DNA of 64,000 bases, from NCBI GenBank assembly GCA_043817235.1, contig JBDRHA010000011.1:35223-99222 (forward strand). The letters run 5' to 3'. Below the pieces are notes generated by a model that saw only the letters and a list, made by a program, of their open reading frames with translations, was not told the DNA's origin and searched no databases. This DNA is from Candidatus Shapirobacteria bacterium (GTDB taxonomy: Bacteria; Patescibacteriota; Microgenomatia; UBA12405; BS750m-G30). Below, in pieces: positions 39,199-50,600 of this stretch (its first letter is position 1; each line of letters begins with the position of its first letter). A program made the position numbers and the translations under genes.

Positions 39199-39849
39199 TT
39201 AATCTTTTTCACCCCGATTAATGTAAACTTTAACCCCTACATAGCCTGAACGAGTCAGCGCGGGCACCTCCGCATAATCAATCTCGCTTCTTAGAGAATT
39301 TAAAGAAACCTTGCCTCTTGGATATTTTTCAGTTCGCGAAATCTCTGCTCCGTTCACTCTTCCCGATATAACAATCTTTACTCCTAGTGCTCCTGCTGCC
39401 ATAATTCTGTCTAGGGCATTGCCCGCAACTTTCTGAGCCCTCATTCTTTTTTTCAGCTGATAGGCTACTCTTTGAGCAACCAAACGAGCTGACAAATCCG
39501 GGTTTTTAAATTCTTCCACTTCAAGTTCTAAATTTTTCTCCGGATTGGGAATAGAAACAATTTTTAATAAATCTCTTTTAAGCTCTTCTAGGCTTTTCCC
39601 GCCCCTGCCAATAACCAGGCCAGGCCGGCTTACCAGCAAACCAATCTTAATCTTCTTGTTCATTCTTTCTATTTTTACAGACACAAGGCCAGCAGCAGCA
39701 ACTCTTTCGTTTAAAAACTTACGAATCTTTAAGTCTTCCAAAATTAAATCTGAGTAACTGCCCTTTTTGGCAAACCACTTAGATTCCCAATCAAGATTAG
39801 TGTTTCCTTTTGCCAAACGAAAAGCAATTGGATGAGTTTTTTGCCCCAT
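39199..39849 (-). CDS. rpsC: 30S ribosomal protein S3
   Basis: [27 protein letters not shown]. Confidence 0.97.
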   Translation of the reverse strand: MGQKTHPIAFRLAKGNTNLDWESKWFAKKGSYSDLILEDLKIRKFLNERVAAAGLVSVKIERMNKKIKIGLLVSRPGLVIGRGGKSLEELKRDLLKIVSIPNPEKNLELEVEEFKNPDLSARLVAQRVAYQLKKRMRAQKVAGNALDRIMAAGALGVKIVISGRVNGAEISRTEKYPRGKVSLNSLRSEIDYAEVPALTRSGYVGVKVYINRGEKD

Positions 39850-40250
39850 TACTGCCCTTCCCTTCCTATCAGTATTATCCGCACATGGCTCATTCTTTTT
39901 TGTCTTAAACCTTGATTGAAACGAGCTCCGTGAAAACGGTCAACTCTTTTTAATCTTGGTCCTTGCGTAACAACGATTTCTTTAAAGTGGATACTTTCTT
40001 TTTCTAAGCTGAAATTATTCTGGGCGTCAGATAAAGCTGTTTTAATTGCCTTTTTTAAAAGCCTGCTCCCTTTTCTATTCCATAATTCTAAATATTCTAA
40101 AGCCTCAGCTGGACTTAGGCGCTTCACCGCTTCGGCAACCAAACGCAGTTTTCGCGGCGAAATTCGCAAATATTTAGTTTGAGCTGCTACTTCCATCAGC
40201 TTTTCCTTTCTCTTGTCTGTTTTAGTGTTTTTTTTGACTTCTCCTGCCAT
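39849..40250 (-). CDS. rplV: 50S ribosomal protein L22
   Basis: RISPRKLRLVA, KRMSHV. Confidence 0.95.
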   Translation of the reverse strand: MAGEVKKNTKTDKRKEKLMEVAAQTKYLRISPRKLRLVAEAVKRLSPAEALEYLELWNRKGSRLLKKAIKTALSDAQNNFSLEKESIHFKEIVVTQGPRLKRVDRFHGARFNQGLRQKRMSHVRIILIGREGQ

Positions 40251-40251
40251 T

Positions 40252-40530
40252 TTATGTCTTTTCTACAATTCTCTTAACCACTCGGCCATGACCGTGAAAA
40301 GTTCTAGTTAAAGCAAATTCACCCAGCCGATGCCCTACCATTTCCTCAGTCACAAAAACCTTAATAAATTTACGGCCATTGTGAACCAAAAAAGTATGAC
40401 CAATAAATTCCGGCGGAATTTGGCTAGAGCGTGCCCAAGTTCTTAGGGGCTCTTTTTTATCTTTCTGAGCCTTAACCTTAATTAGCAATTTCTCATCAAT
40501 ATATGGTCCTTTTTTTAATGACCGGCTCAT
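40252..40530 (-). CDS. rpsS: 30S ribosomal protein S19
   Basis: [20 protein letters not shown]. Confidence 0.97.
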   Translation of the reverse strand: MSRSLKKGPYIDEKLLIKVKAQKDKKEPLRTWARSSQIPPEFIGHTFLVHNGRKFIKVFVTEEMVGHRLGEFALTRTFHGHGRVVKRIVEKT

Positions 40531-41288
40531 TTCTTCCCTCGCTTTAATATTAACCGATTAGAATATTTAACTTTTTTTCTGGTTCTTTTTCCCAAAGCTC
40601 TTTTTCCCCAAGGAGTTTTCGGCGACTTCATTCCTATTGGAGAGCGCCCCTCTCCTCCGCCATGCGGATGAGAATCGGGGTGCTGAGCTACTCCTCTTAC
40701 TGTCGGCCTTATTCCTCGACGACGCTTATCTCCTGCCTTTTTAAGCTTCGTGCTTGACCAACCGACCTGGCCAACCTGGCCAATAGTAGCCCGAACATCC
40801 GAAGAAAACTTTCTGATCTCTCCTGAAGGTAATTTTACCACAATATGGTCTTTTTCTCTCGCCTGGACAAAAGCAGCTCCTCCAGCGCCCCGAACCATTT
40901 GACCACCCTTGCCCGGTTTAATTTCCAAATTATGAACAGGAAGCCCCAAGGGAATGTCTTTAAGCTTTAGAGCATTACCTATCTTAGCTTCCGCTTTTTT
41001 TTCGGCCGAAATAATTTTATCGCCAACTTTCAGGCCATCGGGAGCCAAAATATATCTTCTCTCACCGTCAGGATAAATAATCAAAGCCAGGTCAGCTTGG
41101 CGGTTAGGATCATATTCAATCGCCTCAACTTTACCGGCTATCCCTATCTTATTCCGTTTCCAGTCTATAACTCGCATGTAGCGCTTATGCTCACCGCCCC
41201 GGTGACGAACGCTAATCCTGCCTTGAGCATCTCTGCCGCCAGTTTTTTTTCTAATCTTGGTTAGTTTTTTAATCCTGCCCTTAGACAT
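40527..41288 (-). CDS. rplB: 50S ribosomal protein L2 (short N-terminus)
   Basis: [20 protein letters not shown]. Confidence 0.97.
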   Translation of the reverse strand: MSKGRIKKLTKIRKKTGGRDAQGRISVRHRGGEHKRYMRVIDWKRNKIGIAGKVEAIEYDPNRQADLALIIYPDGERRYILAPDGLKVGDKIISAEKKAEAKIGNALKLKDIPLGLPVHNLEIKPGKGGQMVRGAGGAAFVQAREKDHIVVKLPSGEIRKFSSDVRATIGQVGQVGWSSTKLKKAGDKRRRGIRPTVRGVAQHPDSHPHGGGEGRSPIGMKSPKTPWGKRALGKRTRKKVKYSNRLILKRGKK

Positions 41289-41562
41289 TTTTAATTTTTT
41301 CTCCTTTTTTAAGCCAAATCATTGCCTTTTTGCTTCTTTTTAAAACAACTTTTCGCTTTTGGCGCCATAAATTTTTAGTTTTAGGTGCAAGATTAATAAT
41401 TCTTACCTTCTGAGCCTCGACGCCCAAATACTCGCCAACTGCTTTTTCAACCATGCCCTTTGTAGCCTGAGGGTGAACATAAAATGACCAAATCCCCTGG
41501 TCTCTTAAACCCATTGCTTTTTCCGTCAAAACCGGTTTTTGAACAACTTGACTTAAGTTCAT
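41281..41562 (-). CDS. rplW: 50S ribosomal protein L23
   Basis: PVLTEKA, KKAMIWL; operon position. Confidence 0.93.
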   Translation of the reverse strand: MNLSQVVQKPVLTEKAMGLRDQGIWSFYVHPQATKGMVEKAVGEYLGVEAQKVRIINLAPKTKNLWRQKRKVVLKRSKKAMIWLKKGEKIKNV

Positions 41563-42239
41563 TTTTCCAGCCAGTACTTTTCCAGACTAGATAAAGCATT
41601 TTCTTCAAAAATTAACCAGTCACTATTTAAAATCCGATAAGCATTAAGTTGATTGTAATATGCCATCTTTACTTTAGGTAAATTGGCAAAAGAACGGCTA
41701 ATGTTTTCTTTTCCTTTTTTACTTATCAGTAACAAAACCTTTTGGTTGTTCTCTTTGATCGCCTTTTCCAAAAAAAGAGCCGCGGCTTTAGTTTTAGGTT
41801 CAATTTTCTCTAAAGAGGCGGCAATTATTCGTTCTTTTGCCAATTTATCGGAAAGCAAGGAAAATAAGGCTCTTCTGCGCATTTTTTTAGGCATTTTTAA
41901 TTGCCAATTTTGGCTGCCGGTAGGTCCATGCGCTACCCCGCCACCAACAAAAATAGGAGCATAACGATCACCATGCCGGGCCCGACCCGTTCCTTTTTGC
42001 TTCCAAATTTTTCTTCTTGAACCACTTACTTCCCCTCTAGTTTTTGTTTTAGAATGAGCCCTCCTTTGATTAGCCAAATAAACTCGTATTGCCTGGGCAA
42101 CTAATTTTGGCCTTACTTGTTGACCAAATATCTCAGCTGATACATTTATCTTATCTATTTCTTTCCCTTCTAAAGAAAATAGCTTTATTTTCAGCTTTAC
42201 CTTTCGGATCTTCTCTTTTTGTATTACTTTTTTACTCAT
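41559..42239 (-). CDS. rplD: 50S ribosomal protein L4
   Basis: KTRGEVSG, QKGTGRARHG; start set at MSKKV. Confidence 0.96.
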   Translation of the reverse strand: MSKKVIQKEKIRKVKLKIKLFSLEGKEIDKINVSAEIFGQQVRPKLVAQAIRVYLANQRRAHSKTKTRGEVSGSRRKIWKQKGTGRARHGDRYAPIFVGGGVAHGPTGSQNWQLKMPKKMRRRALFSLLSDKLAKERIIAASLEKIEPKTKAAALFLEKAIKENNQKVLLLISKKGKENISRSFANLPKVKMAYYNQLNAYRILNSDWLIFEENALSSLEKYWLEK

Positions 42240-42903
42240 TGTCTTTAAAATCAAATAGTTGATCAAATTTATTCAATTTTTTGCCCTGTTTTTCCAAAAT
42301 CAGCCAAGAACTATTATATCCGGGAACAGCTCCCTGGACCCAAACTTCCTGTTTTTCCGGATTTACTCTTACCAAAACCAAATTTTTTACTTTACACTTT
42401 TGATTGCCAAAGTGGCCAGGCATTTTTTTTCCTTTAAAAACTCTGCCTGGAGTTTGGGCTCCTATAGCTCCCGGCGCTCTTTCCCGATCAGACTGTCCAT
42501 GAGTCTTTGGCTGGGTAGCAAAACCCCAGCGCTTAACAGCACCGGCAAAGCCTCTTCCTTTGCTTACTCCTGAAACCGCAACCAGCTCCCCAGGCGTAAA
42601 TACCTCTTCCACTTTTAGTTCTTGTCCAGACTTCAAATTACTGCCATCTTCAATTTTCACTTCAGTAACATAAGCTAGATTATCTTTAATGCCCGCTTTT
42701 TTAAAATGACCTACTTGAGGTTTTTTCTTGCTTTTTTTCTTCCCTGAGCCAAGCTGAACTGCTTGATAACCATCTGTTTTATTCGTTTTCACTTGGATAA
42801 TAAAATTTGCAGGCGCATGAAGAATACTAACTGGCCACAACCTACCCTCCAGGTCATAAACCTGGCTCATCTTGAGTTTTTTAAATAACATCCCTTTTAC
42901 CAT
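42232..42903 (-). CDS. rplC: 50S ribosomal protein L3
   Basis: DGYQAVQ, SKGRGFAGAVKRWG, GKKMPGH. Confidence 0.97.
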   Translation of the reverse strand: MVKGMLFKKLKMSQVYDLEGRLWPVSILHAPANFIIQVKTNKTDGYQAVQLGSGKKKSKKKPQVGHFKKAGIKDNLAYVTEVKIEDGSNLKSGQELKVEEVFTPGELVAVSGVSKGRGFAGAVKRWGFATQPKTHGQSDRERAPGAIGAQTPGRVFKGKKMPGHFGNQKCKVKNLVLVRVNPEKQEVWVQGAVPGYNSSWLILEKQGKKLNKFDQLFDFKDNE

Positions 42904-42915
42904 TTTTTATCTTCA

Positions 42916-42949
42916 GAAAAAAACAGGGCCTTTTTTCGGCCCTTTTTTC
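42916..42949 (-). terminator. terminator/attenuator-like hairpin between rpsJ and rplC
   Basis: - strand aaaaaagggcc-gaaaaaa-ggccctgttttttt. Confidence 0.55.
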
Positions 42950-42978
42950 CACCTAAATCATTAATCCTTTATTAATTA

Positions 42979-43287
42979 TTACATCTTTATTTCTATATCT
43001 ACGCCGGCTGGCAGCTCTAAGTGCTGTAAGCCGTCAATTACTTTCAGGTTTGCATTGTAGATATCAACCATTCTCTTGTGGATCAATATCTCAAAATGCT
43101 CCCGCGCGTCTTTATCCGTATGCGGGCTGGTAGTAACCACAAATAACCTTCTTTTGGTGGGTAAAGGTACCGGACCAGTAACCCTAGCCCCACCGGTTAC
43201 AGCAGCTTCCACGATCTTAGCCGCTGCCTCGTCAATAATTCGGTGATCGTATGATTTTAAACGTACTCTAATTCTATTTTTAAGCAT
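42979..43287 (-). CDS. rpsJ: 30S ribosomal protein S10
   Basis: IRVRLKSYDH, GPVPLPT, LPAGVDIEI. Confidence 0.97.
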   Translation of the reverse strand: MLKNRIRVRLKSYDHRIIDEAAAKIVEAAVTGGARVTGPVPLPTKRRLFVVTTSPHTDKDAREHFEILIHKRMVDIYNANLKVIDGLQHLELPAGVDIEIKM

Positions 43288-43312
43288 CTAGCTAATTCGC
43301 TCCCGTTAAGCT

Positions 43313-44500
43313 TTATTTAATGATCTCGGTTACAACACCAGCACCTACGGTCAAGCCGCCCTCTCTTATGGCGAAATGCTGTCCCTTTTCTAAAGCTACA
43401 GGCTTAAGCAGGGCAACTTTAAGATTGGCATTATCGCCAGGCATAACCATTTCTACTCCTTCGGATAATTCAATTGAGCCAGTAACATCCGTTGTGGTCA
43501 CATAAATCTGAGGCCGATAGCCGGAGAAAAATGGTGTATGTCTCCCACCCTCTTCTTTTTTCAAAACATAAACCTCAGCTTTAAACTCCTGATGGGGAGT
43601 AATGCTTCCGGAAGCAGCCAGAACCATGCCTCGCTCAATGTCTTTCTTTTCCACCCCTCTAAGCAAAACTCCTACATTATCTCCAGCCTGACCGGCATCT
43701 AATTGTTTATGAAACATTTCCACCCCGGTCACTACTACTTTGCGAGTTTCGCTCAAACCGACAATCTCTACCTCGTCATTAACCGCCACTTTACCCCGGT
43801 CAATTCGGCCGGTAACTACTGTGCCTCTCCCTTTAATAGAGAAAACGTCTTCAATAGACATAAGGAAAGGCTTATCCAGATCTCTCTTGGGAGTAGGGAT
43901 GTATTCATCAATCGCATTAAGAAGCTCCTCGATAGAATTCTCCGCTTCGGAATCTCCCTCTAATGCTTTAAGAGCCGCGCCTTTAATAATTGGAATTTTG
44001 TCCCCATCGTACTGATACTTTTTCAGCAAGTCTCTTACTTCCATCTCTACCAGATCCAAGAATTCCTTATCTTCAACTAGATCGACTTTATTAAGAAAAA
44101 CAACAATATTAGGAACCTCTACTTGATGAGCAAGTAAAACATGCTCTCGAGTTTGAGGCATGGGGCCGTCTGGAGCAGAAACAACCAAAATTGCTCCATC
44201 CATTTGAGCTGCACCGGTGATCATATTTTTGATGTAGTCAGCATGGCCAGGGCAATCAATATGGGCATAATGTCTTTTCGCTGTTTCGTATTCCACGTGG
44301 GCAACAGCAATAGTCAAAATTTTGCTTTCATCCCGAACTGCCCCTCCCTTGGCAATTTCACTATAAGATTTCTCTTTCGCCATATTCTTTTTTGATAGAT
44401 ACTTTAGTATTGCCGCTGTTAAAGTAGTTTTACCATGGTCAACATGGCCAATAGTACCCACATTAACATGGGGTTTAGTTCTTTCGAATTTTTCTGCCAT
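43313..44500 (-). CDS. tuf: elongation factor Tu
   Basis: [17 protein letters not shown]; strong SD AAGGAGG. Confidence 0.98.
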   Translation of the reverse strand: MAEKFERTKPHVNVGTIGHVDHGKTTLTAAILKYLSKKNMAKEKSYSEIAKGGAVRDESKILTIAVAHVEYETAKRHYAHIDCPGHADYIKNMITGAAQMDGAILVVSAPDGPMPQTREHVLLAHQVEVPNIVVFLNKVDLVEDKEFLDLVEMEVRDLLKKYQYDGDKIPIIKGAALKALEGDSEAENSIEELLNAIDEYIPTPKRDLDKPFLMSIEDVFSIKGRGTVVTGRIDRGKVAVNDEVEIVGLSETRKVVVTGVEMFHKQLDAGQAGDNVGVLLRGVEKKDIERGMVLAASGSITPHQEFKAEVYVLKKEEGGRHTPFFSGYRPQIYVTTTDVTGSIELSEGVEMVMPGDNANLKVALLKPVALEKGQHFAIREGGLTVGAGVVTEIIK

Positions 44501-44581
44501 TTTTTTTAATCCTCCTTAAAAAAATAATCTTTTTTTCAAAACAAAATTTAACCTATAATTAATATCTTTCATATTTTACAA

Positions 44582-46690
44582 TCAAGCATCTTTTTTTTCA
44601 ACATTCGCCAACTGGGCCTGAATGTTTTGAGGAACCTGCTCATAATGAGAAGGCTCCATGTAAGCTGTTCCTCTACCCTGAGTTAAACTCCTGACTATTG
44701 TAACATAACCGCGGATAGAAGCAAGGGGAACCAAGGCATTAATCAGCTTTACCTTCCCCCGCTCTTCTGTTCCCAAGATCTGAGCCCTTCTTCCAGATAA
44801 ATCACCAATTACTGCTCCCAAAAATTCTTCCGGGGTGGTTACTTCTATTTTCATAATAGGTTCCAAAATCACAGGCTCTCCCTTTTTAGCTGCTTCCTGG
44901 AAAGCAATAGACCCGGCAATTTTAAAAGCCATATCCGAAGAATCTACATCGTGATAACTTCCGTCATAAACTGCAGCTAAAATATCAACCAAAGGGAATC
45001 CAGCCACTACTCCTTTTTCTATCGCTTCTTTTGCCCCTTTTTCAATAGCCGGAATAAAATTGGACGGAATGGCTGCACCTTTAATCTCGGAAACAAACTC
45101 AAAACCCGCTCCCCGCTCTCGGGGCTCAAGCCGAATTAAACAATGCCCATACTGCCCCCGTCCTCCCGTCTGGCGAATATATTTTCCTTCTCCTTGAGAA
45201 ACTTTAGTAATCGTCTCCCGATAGGCAACTTGAGGCTGGCCAACATCTACGCCAACGCCAAATTCCCTTCTCATTCTTTCTACAATAATTTCTAAGTGCA
45301 ATTCTCCCATCCCGGCAATAATTGTTTGGCCGGTATCTGGATCTACTTTGGTGTGAAAAGTAGGATCTTCTTCACCTAAGCGATTTAAGGCTTTACTAAG
45401 TTTTTCCTGATCGGCTTTAGTTTTTGGCTCAATAGCCAAAGAAATCACCGGCTCAGGAAATTTTATTTCTCCAAAAACAATCGGGTGATTAGAGTCACAT
45501 AGCGTATCGCCGGTTTTAGACTCATTTAAACCTATTGCCGCCACAATCTCCCCGGCATATGCTTCTTCTATCCCTTCCCTTTTATTGGCATGCATTAATA
45601 GCAAACGACCAAGTCGTTCATTTTTTTGCCGGGTAGAATTGTAAAGCGTACTGCCGGCCCTCACTGTACCCGAATAGATCCGCAGATAAGAAAGCCTGCC
45701 CACGTGAGGATCTGTTTGAATTTTAAAAAGCAGGGCAGAAAAGGGGCTTTGTTTTCGTGGTTCTCTCTCTTCTTTCTCCTCTGTTGCTGGATTAATTCCT
45801 TCTGTGGGAGGCAGATCTAGGGGCGAAGGCAAATAATCAACTACTCCGTCTAAAATTGGCTGAACCCCTTTGTTTCTTAAGGAAGAGCCGCAATAGATAG
45901 GCACCAACTTATTCGCAATAACCGCTTTTCGCAAGCCAGCCTTAAGCTCCTTTAGATTAATTTCCTTCTCCTCTAAATAACTAGCCATCAGCTCCTCGTC
46001 ATGGGTGCAGATATTTTCAATCAGCGCATTACGATATTTTTTTAGCTGATCCTGATACTCTTTGGGGACTTCGCTTTGAGTATATTCCGTACCCAGCTCA
46101 TTTTTATCCCAAATAAGCATCTTTTTTTCTAAAACCGAAATTACGCCGCGAAAGTCATGCTCTTGGCCCACCGGGAAAGTCAAAATTGCCGGTTGGGTAG
46201 AAAAACGATCTTTAATCATCTCCAAAGTATTGCTAAAATCCGCTCCGATTTTATCCATCTTATTGATAAATACTATTCGGGGAACATGGTAGCGGTCCGC
46301 TTGGCGCCAAACTGTTTCAGATTGAGCCTGAACACCTTCTTCGGCATCAAAAACCATAATTGCTCCATCTAGAACCCGCAAAGACCGCTCTACTTCAGCG
46401 GTAAAATCAATATGTCCCGGCGTATCAATAATATTAATTCTCGCCTCACGCCAAAAAGTAGTTACAGCCGCAGACATAATAGTAATTCCCCGCTCGCGCT
46501 CCTGATCCATCCAATCGGTAACCGTATCGCCCTCATCAATATTGCCCATTTTATAGGATCTTCCTGTATAAAACAGAACCCGCTCAGTAGTTGTAGTTTT
46601 ACCGGCATCAATATGGGCAATAATCCCAATATTCCGAACCCGGTCTAAAGGAACTTCACGATTTTTGATAACCTCAATTGGTTCAGCCAT
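44582..46690 (-). CDS. fusA: elongation factor G
   Basis: AHIDAGKTT, RGITI, DTPGH, GMGELHLE. Confidence 0.98.
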   Translation of the reverse strand: MAEPIEVIKNREVPLDRVRNIGIIAHIDAGKTTTTERVLFYTGRSYKMGNIDEGDTVTDWMDQERERGITIMSAAVTTFWREARINIIDTPGHIDFTAEVERSLRVLDGAIMVFDAEEGVQAQSETVWRQADRYHVPRIVFINKMDKIGADFSNTLEMIKDRFSTQPAILTFPVGQEHDFRGVISVLEKKMLIWDKNELGTEYTQSEVPKEYQDQLKKYRNALIENICTHDEELMASYLEEKEINLKELKAGLRKAVIANKLVPIYCGSSLRNKGVQPILDGVVDYLPSPLDLPPTEGINPATEEKEEREPRKQSPFSALLFKIQTDPHVGRLSYLRIYSGTVRAGSTLYNSTRQKNERLGRLLLMHANKREGIEEAYAGEIVAAIGLNESKTGDTLCDSNHPIVFGEIKFPEPVISLAIEPKTKADQEKLSKALNRLGEEDPTFHTKVDPDTGQTIIAGMGELHLEIIVERMRREFGVGVDVGQPQVAYRETITKVSQGEGKYIRQTGGRGQYGHCLIRLEPRERGAGFEFVSEIKGAAIPSNFIPAIEKGAKEAIEKGVVAGFPLVDILAAVYDGSYHDVDSSDMAFKIAGSIAFQEAAKKGEPVILEPIMKIEVTTPEEFLGAVIGDLSGRRAQILGTEERGKVKLINALVPLASIRGYVTIVRSLTQGRGTAYMEPSHYEQVPQNIQAQLANVEKKDA

Positions 46691-46696
46691 AATTTT

Positions 46697-47176
46697 TTAC
46701 CACCTTAAATGAGAAAAAACTCTATTCGCTTCCGCTATTTTTTCTACTTCTTCTTTTTTGCTCATTGCTCCACCTATTCTATTAGCCGCATCCATAATCT
46801 CAGCGGCTAGTTTTTTTTCAAAAGTAGAATATTCTTTGCTGGGTCTTGCTCGGCTATAGCTTATCAGCCAGCGCAAAGCTAAAGCCTCCGCTCTTCTTCC
46901 TTTCAATAATCTAGGCACCTGGTAAGCAGCTCCTCCTATTCGCCTTGAGCGCACTTCTAATTTAGGCTGAAGGTTGCCAATAGCTGTTTCTAGTGCTAAC
47001 AAAGGTTCTTTTTTGGTTTTTTCTTTAACTATATCTAAAGCTCCATATACTTTTTTTTGGGCCAAGCTTTTTTTACCATGTTTCATCACCCCGTTGATTA
47101 GGCGAGATACTAAAACCTGCTGATAAAGGGGATCAGGGGTGATCTTTCTTGTTTTGGCCTTTCCTCTTCTGCTCAT
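46697..47176 (-). CDS. rpsG: 30S ribosomal protein S7
   Basis: RRIGGAAYQVP, AEANRVFSH. Confidence 0.97.
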   Translation of the reverse strand: MSRRGKAKTRKITPDPLYQQVLVSRLINGVMKHGKKSLAQKKVYGALDIVKEKTKKEPLLALETAIGNLQPKLEVRSRRIGGAAYQVPRLLKGRRAEALALRWLISYSRARPSKEYSTFEKKLAAEIMDAANRIGGAMSKKEEVEKIAEANRVFSHLRW

Positions 47177-47178
47177 TT

Positions 47179-47631
47179 TTAGGCTTCACTGCCAGGAGCA
47201 GCCGGTTTCCCTTCGCCAGCTATTTGACCGGCCTTAACTCCGTATTTGCTCCTGGAGCTTTTCCGGCCAACCACTCCTCCGGCATCATACTTTCCTCTAA
47301 TTAAGTGATAGCGAATACCAGGCAAATCCCGAACCTTTCCTCCTCGAACCAGAACCACTGCATGCTCGGCAACATTATGACCAATGCCCGGAATATAGAC
47401 AGTAACTTCTCGGTTGTTGGAAAGCTTAACCTTAGCCACTTTTCGCAAAGCGGAATGAGGTTTAGTAGGGGTCATCGTTTTAACCAAGGTTACCACTCCT
47501 CTTTTTTGAGGGTTAGCTCTCTTGCTGGTTTTATTTTTTAACGAATTATAAATTCCCCGCAAAGCAGGAGTTTTCACTATTTTCTGGCTTTTTTTACGGC
47601 CACGCTTAACTAACTGATTATAGGTTGGCAT
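47179..47631 (-). CDS. rpsL: 30S ribosomal protein S12
   Basis: [25 protein letters not shown]. Confidence 0.97.
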   Translation of the reverse strand: MPTYNQLVKRGRKKSQKIVKTPALRGIYNSLKNKTSKRANPQKRGVVTLVKTMTPTKPHSALRKVAKVKLSNNREVTVYIPGIGHNVAEHAVVLVRGGKVRDLPGIRYHLIRGKYDAGGVVGRKSSRSKYGVKAGQIAGEGKPAAPGSEA

Positions 47632-50600
47632 TTTCTTCTTCCGTATCAAATGATATTTTTGCCCTTTCTTTAGTAGTGGGAATTAGGCGCCCAATAATAA
47701 CATTTTCCTTTAAACCAATCAAATGATCCTCTCTTCCCAGCAAACAACCTTCAGTTAAAATATTAGTTGTCTCCTGGAAAGAAGCTGCAGACAGCCAAGA
47801 GTCGGTGGCCAAAGCGGCTCTAATCAAGCCTAAAATTTCCTGCCTGCCTTTGGCCAATTTCCCCTTGCTTTTCTTTATCTTCCGATTTTCCCGGGCAAAA
47901 ACAGGTTCTTCCACATAGCTGCCTAAAAGAAAATCAGAATCTCCAGAAGAAACAACCCGAATTCGGCTGCTCATCTCTCTAATAATTACCTCAAAGTGCT
48001 TATCATGAATAACAATTCCCTGGGATTCATAAACTCCCTGGATTTGCTCTAACAAATATAGCTGAGCCTCTTTTAAGCCACACAACCTCATTACATCCCG
48101 AACATCCAAAGAGCCTGTGCTTAAAGCTTCGCCTTTTTTAACTTTTTGCCCACTTTTTACCCGAAGATTAGCCGAAGCAGGAAGCAGATATTCTTTTTCT
48201 TCTTTTTTCCCGCCTTTGCTGCCAGTAATTTTAACCTTAATATTATTCTGTGTCTTGTTAATGCTCACTTTCCCGCTAATCTCGACTAAGGGGGAAGCCG
48301 CCCTAGGCGTTCTCATTTCGAATAATTCCTGCACTCGCGGCAATCCTTGGGTAACGTCTAGCCCTAAAACACCTCCGGAATGCTTGGTTCTTAAAGTTAG
48401 TTGAGTACCCGGCTCGCCGATTGACTGAGCAGCAATCACTCCTACTGGCGTTCCTATTTCCACTTGCTTACGGCTAGACAAGTCCCAACCATAACAGCGA
48501 CTGCAAACACCATATCGCGCTTTACATTTAAAGGGTGAACGAACAACTACTGATTCTATCTTTTTCTCTTTAATTAATTGAGCTTTTTGCTCATCTATCA
48601 TTTCTCCGGCAGAAATTAGTTCTTTTTTAGTTTGCGGATCAATAATTTTTTTTGCTAAGAATCGGCCACTAAGGTGGTAGGCAAAATTGTCTTTTCTTTG
48701 CCCTTTATTCCTGACGGTCAAACCTCTTCGCGTGCCGCAATCTTCCTTGCGCACTAAACAAGCATGAGAAACGTCTACTAGTCTGCGGGTTAAATAGCCG
48801 GCATCTGCGGTTTTTAAAGCTGTATCTGTCAAGCCCTTTCTTGAACCCCGAGCTCCAGTTACATATTCAAATACAGATAGCCCCTCTCGAAAGCTGGATT
48901 TAGTCGGCAAAGCAACGATATTGCCCAGAGGATCAACTACTAGCCCCCGCATTCCGGAAATTTGCTTAATCTGATCTGGGCTCGCTCTTTTTTCCCCAGC
49001 TCCCCCCATAATCCTAATGGGTGAATCAAGAGAAAGCGAATTCCAAATTAAAGAAGCAATAGTTTCCGTTGTTTCCAGCCAAATATTTCTTACCAGCTGG
49101 TTTCTTTCCCCCTCGGTAATTAAACCTTCGTGATAATTTTTTTCAATCGCTGTTACCTGCCGATTGGACTCGGCAATAATTTTCTCTTTTTGAGGAGATG
49201 AGCCGCAGTCAAAAATGCTCAAAGAAATTCCCGACAAGTTCATTCCCCAAAAGCCAAAATCCTTGAGTTTATCAATAAGAGCAACCATTTCTTTGCGAGA
49301 ATGATTTTTGAATGCCGCCATCAAAATCTCACTGACTTTTCTATTATCAATAGATTCATTAATAAACCATAAACTCTCAGGAAGAAGTAAATTAAGCATT
49401 ATTCTGCCCGGAGTAGTAAGAATCCATCCTTCCTTTTCCAGGCAAAAGCCAATCAGCTGTCTTAAGCCTAGCAGATTCCCCTCAAAAGCAGAAATGACTT
49501 GATCCGGCTCAAGAAAGCAGGAAAGCTCCGGAAGCACCTCTTCCTTTTTCCTTTTCAACTTTACAAGATCAGCTTCTTGAACAGAAGTTGCAAAATAGCA
49601 GCCCACCACCATCTCCTTGCTCGGAGTATTGATGGGGCGTCCATCTGCCGGCTTAAGCAAATTTCGAGTAGAGACCATCTGCTTTTTAGCTTCTTTCTGG
49701 GCTTGGCTGGATAAGGGCAGGTGAACACCCATTTGGTCACCGTCAAAGTCAGCGTTAAAACCCTTGCAAACACAAGGATGAAGCCGAATAGCTAGGCTAT
49801 CGGTTAAAACCGGTTTAAAAGCCTGAACAGAAAGCTTATGTAAAGTAGGTGCACGATTAAGAAAAACATATTTTCCCTCAACAGCTTCCTCTAAAATCTC
49901 ATAAACTTCAGCAATTCGATGATCAAGAAGGTTTTTGGCACTCTTAATATTTGGAGCCAGCCCCCGAAGCATTAATTCTCGCAAAATAAAGGGCCGGAAA
50001 ATCTCTAAAGCTATTTCCCGAGGCAAACCACATTCATTCAGCTTAAGCTGCGGGCCAACCACAATTACGCTCCGTCCCGAATAATCTACTCTTTTCCCTA
50101 GCAAGTTCTTTCGAAAACGTCCCTTTTTGCCCCGAAGCATATCAGATAAAGAGCGCGGTGGTCTCCTAATCGCCATTCCCCGACGATAGGCCTTGGTTAC
50201 ATCAATAAGCATATCTACCGCTTCCTGAAGCATCCGCTTTTCGTTGCGCAAAATTATTTCCGGAGCGCTCAGAGAAATTAGTCTTTTTAAACGATTATCT
50301 CGATTAATAACCCGGCGGTAAAGATCATTAAGGTCAGATGTGGCAAATCGGCCGCCAGTTAATTGAACCATCGGACGTAATTCCGGCGGAACTACGGGCA
50401 GGGTTTGCAAAATCATCCAGCTAGGATCCACCCCAGCTTCAATCATGCCATTAACTACTCTTATTTTTTTCAGAAGTTGTTTCTTCCTTGGCTGACTGGA
50501 AGTAGCATCTAGATCTTTACGCAAATTTTTAACCAGCTTTTGCAAATCAATCTCTTTTAAAGTCTCTAAAATGGACTCCGCTCCCATCCCTACCTTTAAA

